The notes under the pieces are model-generated. The model saw only the letters and a list, made by a program, of their open reading frames with translations, made no database searches and was not told where the DNA came from. Below, piece by piece: positions 62,610 to 64,000 of a DNA stretch of 64,000 nt (position 1 is the first letter of the stretch; every line of letters starts with the position of its first letter). This stretch comes from an uncultured bacterium (GTDB lineage: Bacteria > Verrucomicrobiota > Verrucomicrobiia > Limisphaerales > UBA8199). The position numbers and the translations under genes are program-made. Location: contig CAVVMW010000012.1 of the NCBI GenBank assembly GCA_963749495.1, positions 192,001-256,000 on the forward strand, written 5' to 3'.

Positions 62610-64000
62610 ATGAAGAATCCCGCCCACAACGTCCATGCCGCAGGTCCGGCGTGCAGCCTCAACTCCAAGCTCCTCGGCCTGCTCACCATTCTGCTGGCGC
62701 AAGCACCCATGTTTCAACTCTGCGCTCAGCCCCTTCTGGCCTACGACCAACCGATCACCGGAAGTATTACCAAGGCTGCGCAAAGGGACTCCTACGTGTT
62801 CACGGCGACCAACGGGGAAGAGATGGCGGTTGGGGTCCTGCGGAATTCGGGCAACATGTACCCCGAGATCGAGATACGCGGTCCGGGCGACGTCCTATTG
62901 GGTCAGAGCCACGACATCTCCTGGGCTCAAATCAACCCCTTCACCTGTACCAATGGGGGGCAATATACGGTCTGGGTGTATGACTATTACTCCACCGGGT
63001 CGGGCACCTACACGATCGTCCGCCAGCGGCGGAACGACTCCTCGCCCGTTGCTCTCGGCTATGACCAACCCATCACCAGTTCGATTACCAACATGCTCAA
63101 GGCGGACGCCTACTCGTTCACGGCGACCAACGGGGAAGAGATGGCTCTCGGGGTCCTGGTGAAATCGGGCAACATGTACCCCGAGATCGAGATACGCGGT
63201 CCGGGCAACGTCCTATTGGCCCAGAGCCACGACATCTCCTGGGCTCAAATCAACCCCTTCACCTGCACCAACGGGGGGCAATATACGGTCTGGGTGTATG
63301 ACTACAACTCCACTGGGTCGGGCACCTACACGATCGTCCGCCAGCGGCGGAACGACTTCTCGCCCGTTGCTCTCGGCTATGACCAACCGGTCACCGGGGC
63401 GATTACGAACATGCTCAAGGCGGACGCCTACTCGTTCACGGCGACCAACGGGGAAGAGATGGCTGTCGGGGTCCTGGTGAAATCAGGCAACATGTACCCG
63501 GCGATCCAGATACTTGGGCCGGGCGGCGTCCTATTAGCTCAGAGCGGCCGCAGTTCCTGGGTTCAAATCAACCCCTTCACCTGCACCAATGGGGGAGAGT
63601 TTACGCTCTGGGTGTATGACTACAACTCCACTGGGTCGGGCACCTACACGATCGTCCGCCAGCGGCGGAACGACTCCTCGCCCGTTGCTCTCGGCTATGA
63701 CCAACCCATCACCAGTTCGATTACCAACATGCTCAAGGCGGACGCCTACTCGTTCACGGCGACCAACGGGGAAGAGATGGCTCTCGGGGTCCTGGTGAAA
63801 TCGGGCAACATGTACCCCGCGATTGAGCTACTAGGGCCGGGCGGCGTCCTATTAGCTCAGAGCGGCCGCAGTTCCTGGGTTCAAATCAACCCCTTCACCT
63901 GCACCAACGGGGGACAGTTTACGGTCTGGGTGTATGACTACAACTCCACTGGGTCGGGCACCTACACCATCGTCCGCCAGCGGCGGAATTGCTTTCCGGA
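62610..64000 (+). CDS. Secreted protein built from 106-aa tandem beta-sandwich (PPC-like) repeats (runs off the window edge)
   Basis: Not in the ORF track. Manual translation: MKNPAH...LLGLLTILLAQA...DSYVFTATNGEEMAVGV...YPEIEIRGPG...GQYTVWVYDY..TGSGTYTI. Confidence 0.75.
   Translation, partial: MKNPAHNVHAAGPACSLNSKLLGLLTILLAQAPMFQLCAQPLLAYDQPITGSITKAAQRDSYVFTATNGEEMAVGVLRNSGNMYPEIEIRGPGDVLLGQSHDISWAQINPFTCTNGGQYTVWVYDYYSTGSGTYTIVRQRRNDSSPVALGYDQPITSSITNMLKADAYSFTATNGEEMALGVLVKSGNMYPEIEIRGPGNVLLAQSHDISWAQINPFTCTNGGQYTVWVYDYNSTGSGTYTIVRQRRNDFSPVALGYDQPVTGAITNMLKADAYSFTATNGEEMAVGVLVKSGNMYPAIQILGPGGVLLAQSGRSSWVQINPFTCTNGGEFTLWVYDYNSTGSGTYTIVRQRRNDSSPVALGYDQPITSSITNMLKADAYSFTATNGEEMALGVLVKSGNMYPAIELLGPGGVLLAQSGRSSWVQINPFTCTNGGQFTVWVYDYNSTGSGTYTIVRQRRNCFP
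62738..64000 (+). repeat. 318-bp tandem repeat, about 4 copies visible
   Basis: acggcgaccaacggggaagagatgg recurs at 62802, 63120, 63438 and 63756. Confidence 0.95.

Noticed and set aside
62738..64000. Diversity-generating retroelement TR/VR pair
   Set aside because: The repeats are in-frame tandem domains, differences are not confined to adenines, and no reverse transcriptase is in the window.

Overview
This is a GC-rich bacterial chromosomal window, probably Verrucomicrobia-like (inference from gene content: H-X9-DG prepilin, ECF plus Ser/Thr-kinase-WD40 pair, many palindromic repeat families). It carries housekeeping genes (clpB, kdsD-like, mqnC, cimA, valS, ilvB, prs-rplY-pth-rpsF-ssb, manC, trpA, nadE) interspersed with toxin-antitoxin pairs, IS elements, REP-like palindromes and short tandem repeats. 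About ten genes show single-base frameshifts, most likely long-read consensus errors. The main observation is in valS, which has two in-frame insertions. One encodes an LPD3-like (predicted BECR-fold RNase) domain. Both end in the same cassette on the antisense strand: a TTGACA-N17 sigma70-like promoter followed, at identical spacing, by a 77-nt structured RNA motif with conserved loops, covarying stems and UNCG/GNRA tetraloops. This suggests an RNase-domain plus RNA-antitoxin module inside an essential gene. Other candidates are a sigma54-driven GU-rich sRNA, an ilvB leader-peptide attenuator, IS elements inserted in REP-like hairpins, and a shared ECF promoter motif. No rRNA, tRNA or CRISPR array was recognised. 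All family assignments come from recalled motifs, not database searches.
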